A DNA stretch of 63,424 bases, counting the filler, from Reticulomyxa filosa (Eukaryota > Protista > Foraminifera), in the NCBI GenBank assembly GCA_000512085.1. It is 17 parts of 17 records of this genome, joined end to end, with 100 filler letters (N's around TTAATTAATTAA, not from the genome) between each part and the next. Parts side by side here need not be neighbours in the genome. Positions count along the whole stretch, not along the records: positions 1 to 2,579 come from ASPP01012305.1; positions 2,680 to 14,940 come from ASPP01018417.1; 15 more parts are not named here. The stretch is one strand, 5' to 3'. The notes beneath the pieces were generated by a model, which saw only the letters and a program-made list of their open reading frames with translations, ran no database searches and was not told where the DNA came from. The position numbers and the translations under genes were made by a program. Positions 1-12,835 of this stretch are shown one piece after another; positions within the stretch are counted from its first letter, which is position 1; the number at the start of each line of letters is the position of its first letter.

Positions 1-34
<34 letters not shown>

Positions 35-63
35 AAACTTTTTTAAAAAATAAAAATAAAAAG

Positions 64-1649
64 GTATGCCATCAAACGCAAGAGGAAATGGAAGCGTCAC
101 GAAAAACTTTTCGAACAGACAATCCCGTCCCCTCGCCGTACCGTAATCGCTCGATAGAGGAAAATCTGAACCTGTTTGAACTGATGCGCAAAGGGTACTT
201 TGCTGAAGGCGAGGCCTGCCTGCGCATGAAAGGGGACTATTGCAGCAATAATCCCAACATGTGGGATCATGTTGCCTATCGCATCATCTACAAACCGCAT
301 CCCCATGTCGGCGATAAGTGGTGCATTTATCCGACCTATGATTACACTCATTGCATTATCGATTCCTTGGAATGGGTCACCGCTTCGTGCTGCACCTTGG
401 AATTTGAAAATCGTCGTGAGTCTTACTTTTGGCTTTTGGACGTCCTGCAACTCTACAAGCCTGTCGTTTGGGAATACTCACGTCTTAATTTGACCTACAA
501 TGTATTGAGCAAACGAAAATTGCTAAAATTGGTTCAAGGTATTATTTATATACACATATTATATGTGCATATATAAATATATATTATATTCAAATTGTCA
601 ATGTGCTGTTACATATGCATACTGTCTTTTTCAATCGTAGGCGGCTATGTGCGAGGATGGGATGATCCTCGAATGCTAACCATCAACGGACTTCGAAGAC
701 GAGGATATACCGCGGAAATTTTGCGATACTTTTGCGACAAAATCGGAGTAACACGCAAAAATAACTTTATTAGTCCGAAATTGTTGGAGGCGTGTGCTCG
801 TGAGTTGCTGAATGAACAATCCCCAAGAGCATTTGGCGTGCTTTCACCTTTGAAAATCACCTTAACCAATTTTAACAAATCTGAACTGATCGAGTGTCCT
901 GATTTTCCTCAAAAAAAAGATACTACCAAACACTCTGTACCCTTCGAACGCGTGATCTATATTGATTCCTCTGATTTCAGAGAACATGCTGATCAAGTTT
1001 ATATATGCATATACATATATACACGTTGTTACACAAAACTTATTCAATAATTGTATTCTTAGAAATTCTATGGATTGGCTCCAGGCCGAACGGTGAGATT
1101 GAAATATGCATATAATATAACGTGCAAAAAAGTATAAAAGACAACAAAGGAAATGTAGTTGAATTGGAGTGTGAATACGATCCAGCCAGCAGACATGATC
1201 TAAAAGGTGTAAAACAAGGACACTTGTCTTGGGTATCAAATGGAGTTAGTGTGGAATTCCGATTATATTCACACTTATTCCGAACTGAATTCCCTGAGTC
1301 AGACAACTTCTTGAACGAATTAGAGTTTAGTTTCAAAAAAAAAAACTATCTGATGTTGAGTGTCAACGAGTGTGGTTGTGTTGTTGATAACTTTCAACAG
1401 TGGAGATTCTGAAATTATTACACATGGCTATGTGGATCAATCAGTGGTCAAATCAAAACATGAAAGATTTCAATTTGAAAGAGTTGGATTCTTTGTTCGA
1501 GACAATATTGACTGCAAAGACAACAAACCAGGTATTTTGTTTGTTTATCTCACTAGAAATAAAAGCAAATGTTTTTTTTTGGACATTTTATAGTATTCAA
1601 CCGAATTGTGCCATTGAAAGAATCTTCTGAGAAGCGCAGTTTGGCCTAA
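64..1649 (+). CDS. QARS: Glutaminyl-tRNA synthetase, 3' part (5' truncated, spliced)
   Basis: Exons ~64-538, 641-996, 1063-1324, 1401-1531, 1594-1649 with GT..AG introns. Motifs [21 protein letters not shown] (KMSKS equivalent), [21 protein letters not shown]. One-base deficit at ~1126-1134. Confidence 0.95.
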
Positions 1650-1943
1650 TCCAAAAATCTTTCAGTTTGCAAATGCAAAAAGTCAATTCTTTTTCAAAAA
1701 AACAAAATTTGGGAGTCCATAATTTACTATTCGTCTTTGAATTGACTTAAGAATTATTTTCTTTTTGAGAAAAACTTTGTTTTTGAAACCCAGATCAAGT
1801 GATGTATTAAAAGAAAATAATAAAAAATTTTCATTACATTTTTTTTTCTATTCCTGGTTGAAGAGAATCAGCAAGTCTAGCATGAGGACAATCCGGATAG
1901 TAGAATGCACTCAAAGGCAAGTACACTTCTAAACACTGCCATT

Positions 1944-2480
1944 TCACCTATAACAATTCAGAGTACTTTGTAACCATTTGTCCTTTTTTAAATTCCAATT
2001 TAGCTTAACTGATTCTTGGGTTGGCAAACCAAACCATTGAACTTTGCAAATTGTTGAATTCCACTTGACTGGTTCACCAACGTATCCGATGAAGTGTTTT
2101 GCTTTACCTTCAGCCAAGTCAGGATTGACGCGAACTAAAATACGCCCATCTTTCTGTAATACACAAATATATATGTATGTGTATATGTATATAGCGATAC
2201 AGGCGGATGTAATATAGAAAGCAATATAGAGATGTTGAAACTGAACTTGCACATCCCACTCTTTGATTTTGCCGCCAACGTACTCAACATAAGCCTCTTC
2301 GGAAGTAAAGTCTTTTCGAGTTTTCAATCGAGCCAATTTGGGTCGAATTTCGTCAATTCTTTTGGTGGTCTCTTGAACGTCATGTTGAATTTGTTTTTCA
2401 AATATTTCCAAACGTTGCGACAGAGTTTGAATGTGGTCATGCATTTGTTGATTCATTTGAGATAAGTTGTCAGCAGTGGA
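1944..2480 (-). CDS. Hypothetical coiled-coil protein, 3' part
   Basis: Open frame with heptad-like N-terminal part. Probable in-frame intron 2154-2251 (GTGCAA...TTACAG). No family recognised. Confidence 0.5.
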   Translation of the reverse strand, partial: STADNLSQMNQQMHDHIQTLSQRLEIFEKQIQHDVQETTKRIDEIRPKLARLKTRKDFTSEEAYVEYVGGKIKEWDVQVQFQHLYIAFYITSACIAIYIYTYIYICVLQKDGRILVRVNPDLAEGKAKHFIGYVGEPVKWNSTICKVQWFGLPTQESVKLNWNLKKDKWLQSTLNCYR

Positions 2481-2579
2481 TTGATCTGTGATATCCGCCT
2501 TTTGATTTTTTTTTCAATTAAAAAAAAAAAAAAAAGAAACGAAATGAAAGCAATAATGCGACCCCTTCAAAAAGAACAA

Positions 2580-2679
2580 NNNNNNNNNNNNNNNNNNNNN
2601 NNNNNNNNNNNNNNNNNNNNNNNTTAATTAATTAANNNNNNNNNNNNNNNNNNNNNNNNNNNNNNNNNNNNNNNNNNNN
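2580..2679. other. Artificial contig-joining linker N44-TTAATTAATTAA-N44 (first of 16)
   Basis: Identical 100-nt spacer with stops in all six frames. Also at 14941-15040, 20180-20279, 23044-23143, 26511-26610, 27747-27846, 33498-33597, 36324-36423, 40457-40556, 41578-41677, 42831-42930, 45273-45372, 53926-54025, 56975-57074, 58157-58256, 60485-60584. Confidence 0.99.
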
Positions 2680-2722
<43 letters not shown>

Positions 2723-2764
2723 GCGCAAGCCAAAACAAAAACAAACGCGTATAAATGGAAATAG

Positions 2765-4417
2765 GTATTGGACAAATTCATCCGACAAAATCCGGACCAC
2801 TGGATTTTGGTGACGGATGAACTGGGCTACAATATGAGTGGATTTATGATCTGTGCCTACTTGGTCGAATGCCACGACTTGTGTGTAGATGACGCATTGT
2901 ACTTCTTCAGCGAAGCACAAAAGCCGGGTTTGTTTGACATATTGTTAGTCAACCTGCTTCGAGAGAGATATTGTTCCGAAGAAGAACGGCAAGAAATGGA
3001 ACAATTGTCGTCGTGGCCCAAGCAATTAGCAAAGCCGAATTGGTACCACGGGAACGGAGCAACAACGACAACGACGACAATGGCTCCTTCTACACTTGAC
3101 GATGAAGACTCTTGTGTTGACAATGACGATGACGTTCCACCCTTATCCAAACCCAATTCCACTATTGGGGACAAACCTTTGGAGCCCATGCCAACAGGCC
3201 GAAAACGAAATTTGGTGACTGCTCGAAACAGTGATGTGATGAAAGACACCACCATTACTCCTTCTCATGACCAATTGATTACTGATGTATCCCTTCCTTC
3301 TTCTTCTTCCTCCTCTTTTTCGAATGTTAGTTCATTTGGCAAGTCGAGTGCATTTGATGAGGACGACATTGAAGATCATGAAAGTACTTCACGTGCCCCG
3401 CCTTCACTTGGAAGCGCTTCCACCAATAACAGCGCATTTGACGACGGGGATGACGTAATGATCGAGGAACCCACATTGTCGTCTTCTCACTCCAACGACA
3501 ACCAAGACAAACCCAAACCCGACAATATGAAACTCGGTGGTGGGGATAGTGGACACAGAACCACTGTCTGTGAAATGCCTTTGCCCTTAAAGGAAGCTCA
3601 TCCCTATCTGCAAATGGTTGACACTGCCAAAGACATTACACGCTTGACCACATTTGCATTGCAATTGAGCAAGAAGATGGACTATTTTCAGAGCATTCAC
3701 AACAGACCATTGACCATTAATGCAAACACTTTGATGAATGTTGCAACCACTCATCGCATTACGTGGCTGTCACGGGGTATCGCTTTTGGCTCATGATCAT
3801 CAAAGAAGGGGTCTTTTTTATCGATCCTTTGTACGTCAAGTCAACCATGCTCGGTGGAGTCTATCATGTCCCCAATTGCGTGTTTCTGGGCAAGGCATCG
3901 CTTCCTGTTGATGGCACACTTTTGTGCGGAGAGTTGATCGTCGACAAAGTCAGTCCAAACCAATCCCATCCCAGGTTCTTAATCACCGATGCATTGGCTT
4001 GTCAGAGTACTTGTTTAGAAAAGTTTGCTCATGATGCTCGGCTTAAAATGGTTGAGGTATGCTGCATTTTCTTTCTCTTTCCTTGTTGAGACAAATGTCA
4101 TTTTTGATTTTATACAGAACGAGATTATGCGCCCTTCAAAGGACTCATTAAGAGGACGTTATGCCTTTTTTGTTTGTTTGTTTTTTTTTGAAACACGAGT
4201 AGACAATTAACAAAATATATAATTTGCAATGCCTCTACCTTCATAATACATTAGATGCACTGCACTTTCGCGTCAAAGACATGTATGGGGTGAAAGAAGG
4301 TGTCTGTGAAAAACTGACAAAAATGATCAAAACCAGTTGACACATGAGTGTGATGGCCTAGGATTATTTCCTGTCAAACCACCGTTTGGCCAAAGACTGT
4401 TGAGAATTGCACTGTAG
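2765..4417 (+). CDS. mRNA capping enzyme (RNA triphosphatase + guanylyltransferase) homologue, catalytically degenerate, 5' truncated
   Basis: WILVTDELGYNMSGFMICAYLVE..QKPGL matches the RNGTT triphosphatase segment [55 protein letters not shown], FRVKD and HECDGL match the GTase motif series (I, III, IIIa, IV). Two introns and two one-base deficits (~3774-3777, ~4329-4332). Confidence 0.8.
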
Positions 4418-5906
4418 TAAGGTCGCAATTTTAATTTTTTTTCGTTGCATCAAATAATTTTGTGAGTTTCTAAGTCATGAACAACAAAATGACACAACAA
4501 TGTTTTCTCATACTGAACACTAAGCATTTTTTTTTACCTAATCCATACTCGAAGTTAAAAATGTTTTGGCAATTTTTTACGCAAGTGGTAAATTGTAAAA
4601 TGGTCCTTATTTCCGGTAGATGGCTCCTTTTTCCTGTTTTCTGTTTACTTTCAATGCCAGATTATTTTTTAGTCACTTAATGAGCTGTTTAAATGGTTAC
4701 GATCCCTAAGATGGAACGAAATAATACCCAGCTATGGATGATAACAAACGAACAAAAAAAACTGAGTGAAAGACAACGTAGCAACAGATGAGTTGTTGGT
4801 ATCGATCTTGTATACTACAAAAATGCCCGAGAAATTAACAAAGCATGACTAAAAGACGCAATAAAAAGAACAAGGGTTAATTGGTTACAAAAACGAACCC
4901 CCAATATTTATCCAAAGTATCAATATCCAAACGCTTGATTAATAAAATTCAGCGCTTAAACAACGGTTTATATCTGGTGATAACATTTGTTTTATTGATG
5001 GCAACTTTTTTTAAAACTTACTTTTTACAAATTTTATTTATGTAGTTCTTGCACGTTATCCAAATAAAAAATGAACGGCAAAGAAAAGAACAACTGTGCG
5101 TGGCCGAATTTTTATTTTCTCAATTTTTTTGATTTTTGTTTATTTTTTAATCCAATCAAAATCACAAAATTGAATGAGAACGGAAAGTAGTGTACAACAA
5201 ATATATATGGAAACTCTAATTTCATAGGCGAAAAATGAAGTGCATAAAACATTTTGTTGCTTTGATATTTATGCTAGCGTGTTGTTGCGTTAATTGATAT
5301 TCGTTTTTTGTTAAGATTGATTTTGCGTCGTGATAATACAACATCGCAAATTCTTCTTTTTACTAACCATTTGTTTTTGTTACGTATTATTTGTGTTGCT
5401 GCGTTCACACGAATTGATAAAACGATATTGATTTAATCAAGTTGCATGCTCTATGATTGAAACTCTTTAAAATTTCGAAAACACTTTGAAAGTATGTTGG
5501 AATTTTTGTGATATTCCAAGTAATTAGGTCTTTTGTTTCTTTTACATTTCGTTGCGATTTTTCTTCACCAATGTGCACTGTTCATTTTCCTTGATCACTA
5601 ATTGTTTTCGCTACCAACTTGGAAATTGGAATACCATTTCTTCATGCAAGTGAACACGTATTAATATTTTTTACACTGTTTGCTTCTTTGCTCAAGTGCT
5701 CATTTTTTTAAATCAGCCAATCAAATCTCTACGATAGATTAAATAAAACAAAACTAATTTGTCAAATTATTGTGTCATTGAAGTAAACGATAATGTTCTT
5801 TTTTTATGTGTACGTTAAATTTATTTGCAAAAGAAAATCTAGTAACTTCCCCACATTTTCCCTTTCGGTTGACGCAATATAAAAAAAGAAACGAGTAAAA
5901 GCAAAT

Positions 5907-7305
5907 TTAATGGGACAACAAGAATTCAATAAGCTGTGAAATATTTGCTGTCCTATACCATTGCTTTTGAGAAATGTCACTCGTTCGCAAAAACCAGTTA
6001 TTTGTGATAACTGGCACCACCGAGTGTGTGGACGGCAAAATTTCACTCCTAAGAATCTTATCTACGTTATCTGTGAGAAAATTCCAAGGCCCAATATCAG
6101 GAAGAAATACTCTCCCATAAAGATTTGCCAGTGCGGCATGTAAACAAAAAGTTGACGTACCACAGACTAAATTTGGTGCATACATCATTAATGCGAAATC
6201 ATTGACGATATCATTGTTTACCAATTCAAAATACAATTGATTCGAGCGGTTTACATAGTGCTCACGTAATTTATTTTGAAAGGCGCTGACTAGTCGATAA
6301 CAATTTGCCATATTTGCATTTTCTACTTTTCTATGAATCCCTTTTGCAGAAATCTGAGAGATAATGTATACGTTTTGCTGCTTGGCACTGCTATTTACCT
6401 GTTCAAAAATACGATCAAACACGTAAATGTAATACTTCAGCGTCATCAGGTGATATAGTTCATGTCCAAATAAAATATCTCCACATCTGAAATGAATTAC
6501 AATATCGTCGCTGTATTGATGTTGTTTTTTTTAGGTCATTTACCAATAATCAAAATTAGCGGTCTCCCTTTCTTTCTCTTTGCACTTGAGTTATTTTTTC
6601 CAAGTTTTTCCAAAAGGGGTACCAACAAAGAAAGGAAATGAACCAGAAAAAGGCGCAAGCAGAAAAAGGACCGAAAAAAAAGAATACAGGAAAAGGGATC
6701 GAAAAAAAAAAGAACCTCAATAAATTTTGATAGAAAGGTGTAGCCGCAGGATCTTTTTGAAAATAATGCACAATGGCCTCATGGGTGTTTTTATGCAAGA
6801 TTGGGAGAAAGTGTCGATTATAAAATGCAAAGAGCTGCGAAAAGGAATGAGGATATCGCATTTTAGGTGTTAAGTCCAAAGCAATTTCAATACTATTCAA
6901 TTTCTTTTTAAACTCTAGCATTTCTTTGCTAGAGGAGTTTATGCTGGTTCCATTAGACGGTGAGTATTGGACTTTTCTTGGTAGATATGGCAAAAATGTT
7001 TCTCGGTAGTGTCCGATTAAATTAACCCATAAAGATTTTGATAATTCAAAGTGTTGCTCTTTCCAATAAAAAATAGAGCGTCCATACCAATACATAGACA
7101 AACGATTGCCAAAACCTGTCGTCTTATGCATTGGCACCATTTTGAATATGCTACTCATCTTATTCTGATTCTTTGGAATAAGTGGAATGTTCATCACATA
7201 ATCGTTTTGTTGTACATAAGACGGTTGTGTAGAAAGAATCAAAATTGTCATCAAACCAATACTTACAAACACCAAAATGAAAGGCTGGAAGATTGCCCGT
7301 AGCAT
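5907..7305 (-). CDS. Type II membrane fucosyltransferase-like glycosyltransferase (GT11/GT23-like, GT-B)
   Basis: N-terminal TM helix and GFGNRL. After removing intron 6511-6715: DIVIHFRCGD (cf. xHxRRGD) and DFALMMYAPNLVCGTSTF (cf. D..L....I...STF). Confidence 0.75.
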
Positions 7306-7803
7306 TATGTTCCTGATAAATAACAAAATTGGAGAAAATACCTGGCTCAGTTGTCATTAGGGAGATGAAGGAAGTTACAAAAAGTCTTCCTCTTTTGTGT
7401 AGCTGAAACGATAAAACTTAAAAATTTAGCAGGATTATAAAGAGTATAAAATTGAAACTATTCCAAGCAAACAATATAAAAATAGGAACGATTTAACGAA
7501 AACATTGAGTGTAGTGCAATCTCTTAACATTGAAAATCAAAACAACTTTTGGGAGATGAAATAAAAAATTTTATTTTATAATGACTTGGACATTGCACAC
7601 TGTTATGCAATAAGTTTGATCAAATTAAAAAAATTACACAAGACTCAAAACCCGAACAAAAGAGACCACATGGACGTGAGCAAAATGTGATAATAGAGAG
7701 AGAAAGGTTTAGGATACAAAAAAGACAAAGTAGTGAAAGCAACCTCAGTTAGTCCCGTGCGAGAACAGCTAAGGAAGACAATCGAATCTTAAACCCGGCG
7801 TAT

Positions 7804-10800
7804 TTAACTTTTTTCTTCATCAGTTTTATCAGAACTGTTTGCAAGTTGATTCGATTTACTCTTTAAAAGATTACTATTTTTATCTTTTGCGTTTTCTTCT
7901 TCATACAATAACCAAATCTCTTTGACAACCTCTAGTTTTCGCATAAGTGCTCTAAGTGGAGCTATAGATGTGGCCTGCCAATTCTCAAGGCCGCTGATAC
8001 ACGCTCGTTGTTGGTATGTATCCAAAATCGAGAACCACTCACTCGTGGGTGATTCGATACATTTGATAACAGCACTCAAAGGCATTCCAGAGCCAAGCAG
8101 ATCAGCACAAATTTCAATCAACTCTGGAGCCCTTGCGAGCCAATCAAACAACGAATACTTCATTAAATCTTTGTTTGATTGCGGTTGTTCTAATCCTTCA
8201 AAGTCGTATTCTAGGATCAATTCTCTTGTTCTAAATTATTATCATTATTATTTTTGATTGGTATAAATACGTAATACACATAGCAACAACAACAAAACTT
8301 TTGTCTTAATAAAGAGCAAGCATTCATTCCACTGATGGGAACCAATCGATGAACGCGACACTTGAGAGGACATTTGAAATCAAAGCTTTCAATTTCTTTG
8401 CAAATATTAACGCGACAGAGCAGCAATATGCGCACACTTCTTAATTCCGTCAAAAGGCGGTCCATGACATTCCAAAACCGTTGCAATTGTTCTTGAGAGA
8501 AAGTCAAGTGATCAAAGATGAACAACGTGACACCCTGGCATTTTTCTCGGATTTGAGAAAGAATGGCCTTTTCCCCATGGAACAAAAGACAATTCTCCGC
8601 GACTCAACTTTGCCCGTTTCTGAGTCTTGCCAAACCTCTTTGGGAAAATCGTTGGGCATAATTTTGAACCACGTTTGTGCTTGTTTGAAAATTTCCAGCG
8701 GCAGCTTGGCTTTCAAAGTTAGATGATGATTCTTATGTTCGCGAAACAAAATGAATCGACTTTGGTCTTTGTCATCTACGTATACAATGACTTTGGGTGT
8801 GTCCGAGTGTTGTTCCTGACAGATTTGCTGATGAATATTCTGCGGATAATCGACCATCTCTTTGGTTTGGCTGTCACGTGATTGAAACTTCCCCGAGTCA
8901 ATTTCCATGCAATCTGCCATGAACTCAAGCAATCCGTCCGGATCCGATTGCAACTTGCTCAGATCGATCCACCACACCCCGCCTGGGAATAATGGAATGT
9001 ACCACGGACGAGTGAAAAACTTGGCCACGCTTTTCGCAACTGTGGTGCATCCCACGAATGGGAGACCGCTCAACACCGTCACGTCGTGCATTTGCCGCGT
9101 TTGCGGGTGCAGCAGTTGAACCAAGATGTTAATGTCCTCATACCTCCCCAGCACTTTCCGCCCGTCCTCGCGCCAGCCGTGCGCGCAGTTCGATGGAAAC
9201 CTGTACAGCAACACCTGCAGTTGCTTCTTTTGCGTTTTCGTGCTTTCATCCGCCAACACTTGTTGCTTATGGTCGCTGCTTCCCAGCAATAGAAACTTTT
9301 TGCTGTGTTCATGCGGGATGTCGGGCTGGCAACAATCCATCTTTTTAAATCCCGTACACTGCTCCGAGTGATGCTGTTGACAGCAGCGAACAGTATTGCA
9401 ATAAGGACATACACATTCTTGTAGATGTCCCTCATGGCGGCAACAGCAATCAACTTTCCCTAGTAAGGTTATCCCTATTTTATTTTATTATTATTATTTT
9501 TAAACAATGAATTGTATAGTTGACAACATCATAACAAAATTTAAAAAAAATATCTTTTGTATAGAGTGCTTTAGATAAGTAGTCAAATAAATAACAATAA
9601 TAATAATAATGATAACAATAATAATAAAATACTACTGAACGTAACATTTAACCTGCTCGAGCATTTTTAAATGACTCCACAACTGTTTTTTTTTGCCCTA
9701 ACAAATTTTGATAAAAGTTGAGCGCAAATTCCATGGCGGTTTTATTATTAATTTGCACTAACGAGTGCACGGCCACCACATTGGGCACGCCCACTTCGAC
9801 GAATGCTTTTGCCACTTGTTCGCTGAAACACGTGGAGACGAATACCAACACCAGCTGCGACGACGTCTCTTCCAACGCTTGACGGATGACATTGGCGCTG
9901 ATCGTGTTCATCCCTCCCCAATGGTCTTGCACTTGCAACGTCTGCGCGTTGGAGCCATGACCACTGATGTGTAATATCTTGGCACCCCTTTGAATGCATG
10001 AAATCAACGACTGCTCTGTTAACACTCCAAAGAACACTCCCAGAGGCTGTTCGCATCGTCCAAACATTGTCTCCAATGAATGTCGCTCTTCTTCCAAGTC
10101 CAAGAACGCGTCACCCGCGTCGAGCGGACTCGAATGCAATACCGCTATGTCAAGTTGCTGCTTGAAAAACGACTCGTTCTTTGGTTGGTAAGCTTCCAAT
10201 AGGATATGTTCGAGCAATAGAAAATTGTCAAACACAAACAAATTAACAAAAATAAAATATATATATGTATATACATACATATATTATAATATACATATGT
10301 GTACATATATGTATATTATAATATATGTATGTATATTATAATATATGTATGTATATACATATATATGTTTATTTATTTTTGTTTGTTTGTGTTATGTAAT
10401 GAGATTGGTGTTGAATGAGAAACGAAACTTAGCAATTGCTCGCGACTCTTGTCGCTGTACTGTTCGTAGTTGTCAGTTTTGACGTCAGTGACAGGCTGCG
10501 ATTTTGTAACATGCAGTTTGGGCAATGGAACAGGCTTGATTTCGTGGTTGTCACTAAAGTATTCGCGAAAGGAAGGGTTGACAGGAGGCAACAGCGGAGC
10601 GAGATGAACACTGATGCGCGGATCTTTGGGGTAAGTGATGGAAGGGAGTGGGACATTTGGGATTTTGGGAGAAGTTGGTGGCGAAAAGTCAAAGGGCAAG
10701 CTTGGCACATGTTTCAAGTCAATGTCACTTTCGATTGACATTTGTTCGAACAAGTCTTTTTGTTCAGGTAAGTCCTCTGTTTTTTCAGACAATGGAAGAG

Positions 10801-11054
10801 AAGGGACAGGAGGAAGAGGAGGAGGAAACACTGCAATGCGCGGTTTGGACAACCGCGGATAATTGTCGTGTGACGGATAGCCGACGAGTTTCTCCAGCGA
10901 CGGTTCTTCCTGTAGGATATCCATTAATATGGGAATGAGTTTCGTTTGTCATTGGCCTCTTCAACCTTGCCTGCTTTGCACAGTCGCCAAATTACGACGG
11001 ATAGTATTTGCGATGGTATCGACATCTCACTGCAGACAATTTGATACATTTCAC

Positions 11055-11091
<37 letters not shown>

Positions 11092-11280
11092 CAAAGAATA
11101 ATCCAATTTCGAACAAGCTGTTTGTTTTGAAATGCAAATTAAAAAAAACAAAAACAACAACTTAACTTAAATTTTTCAGCTTTGTATGCCTTCATTCCCA
11201 TTCCGTCCAAGAACAATCTGCAATTGTTCCTCACTAAATGGTCTTGGTCTTCACACAATTCATCATTTGTAACTTTGATC
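7804..11280 (-). CDS. CHAT (caspase-HetF) peptidase + Cys/His-rich insert + degenerate STAND/NB-ARC-like P-loop protein (spliced)
   Basis: Pro-rich exon ~10430-10924. CHAT exon ~9653-10213 with SSPL, ILHISGHG, LVFVSTC, AFVEVGVPNVVAV, FALNFY. P-loop GLPFVGCT, FPGGVWWIDL, Walker-B-like LFIFDH, RILLLCR. 5' end uncertain; one-base deficits near 10942 and 8585. Confidence 0.8.
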
Positions 11281-11889
11281 TCATATCCGAATCAAATCAA
11301 ACAAATACAACACATACACACTCTCATGTACTTACGTGTTGCAGAGAGGTTATATGCTCGTTCGATTAATCCCCACCGTGCGCAATTTTCTTGCATCGTC
11401 TCTGTTGTGTTGTTCAATTGACATCATTACCACATTCGCAACATTAATTCAAATATACATACATGTTATATACAACTTCAAATAGAACCTCAGACACGCG
11501 CAGGCAAGAAGACAGGAGAAGAAAGAGAAAGATGGAAAACAAGAGAAGGAAAAGGGGAAAAAAAGTTGAAACAGCAAAAAAAAAGATAACTAATGTCTAA
11601 CGAAGATATTTTTGCCAACAATGAAAATATGTTGGCAATAATACTGACCGCACTATCTTCAATGTTTCCACATTTGCACAGAGACTCTAAGTTCTGTCGT
11701 TTTTTGCCAAAATTTCTGTAAAATTTCTATGTTTTTTTTTTTTTGTTCATTTTTTTTTTTTTTTTTTAACATCATTGTTAACATTTTTTAAAAAAAAAAA
11801 CTGGTAAGATTATATTTCGTAATGAATACAACATGCTCAAGGTCGTGAAAAAGAGAGAACACAAACTAGGTAGGGGACCGAAACGTACC

Positions 11890-12440
11890 TTTCTTTTCTT
11901 TAAAATCGTCCTTCCATTGAAAACATACTTGATTCAATACAACCAAACATGCTTCCCATATCTCTATTTCCTATGTTACATTCCAAAAAAAAACAATCTT
12001 TCTTTTTGTTGTACCTGAAAAACTTTTCAAAATACAAAAGGAAGAAATAAAACCTGAGACTTTTCCAGAAACTGAAGCGTTACAATTAAAATATCAGCAC
12101 GAAGCAATGTCTCATGCAATTGCCTCTCTGATGACACCAATGCCAATGTTTGCAACGATCTGAGTTGCAAACCTATATCTCTTTCTTTACTTACAAATGC
12201 TATTATTCGAGGAATATGCGATTTGAATGCCAACATTTCTGTGCACATTTCCATTATCACTTTCGTTTTTTCCAACACAACAACAAGCTATACATCCCCA
12301 ATATACAAAGTACATCTTTGATCAACTGTGGTTCAGTTGTGAGCAGTACCACATCTGTGCAATCTTTAGATAATGATGGCATGCCTCAGCACCTGTCATT
12401 GCCTCGGCTGCACTTAAGAGGTTGAATTCTTTGATGGACA
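11890..12440 (-). pseudogene. Degraded ARM-repeat (importin-alpha-like) fragment
   Basis: HIPRIIAFVSKERDIGLQLRSLQTLALVSS...QKEDC resembles ARM helices. Flanked by stops and frameshifts. Confidence 0.3.
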
Positions 12441-12835
12441 TGTCTTATTGAAAGGGAAATGATTATATATGCTTTTTTCCCTCCCCCTTGTCAATCTTCT
12501 CTTAAGTTTTTTTACCAGAAGTACTTTTTATAATTCTATCACAAAAGAATTTTTTCAGTGTTTTTCAAGGGATGCATATGTTATACGGTAAAAAGTTTCA
12601 CTCAATTTCTTAGTTAGTCGTTAGAATATAAATAGAGTTTTCTTTTATTTGACGAATTTTACTATCATACCCATGACCTAGCGGAAGCATCAAAGCACTT
12701 AGAGACAAAGAAACAATATGAACGTGCGTTTTTTCATGCAAAAATTTATTGAAATATGCAGTACGATGGGGAAACAATTTCAAATATAAATCCACAGAAA
12801 TAACAAAAAAAACTTAGATAATTTGTATTAAAAGG

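Noticed and set aside
1123-1137. Euplotes-type AAA-TAR programmed frameshift in GlnRS
   Set aside because: The required shift is -1 and the stop does not directly follow AAA; other sites have no adjacent stop.
2624-2635. Recurrent palindromic TTAATTAATTAA motif
   Set aside because: Always centred in identical N runs; an artificial six-frame-stop linker.
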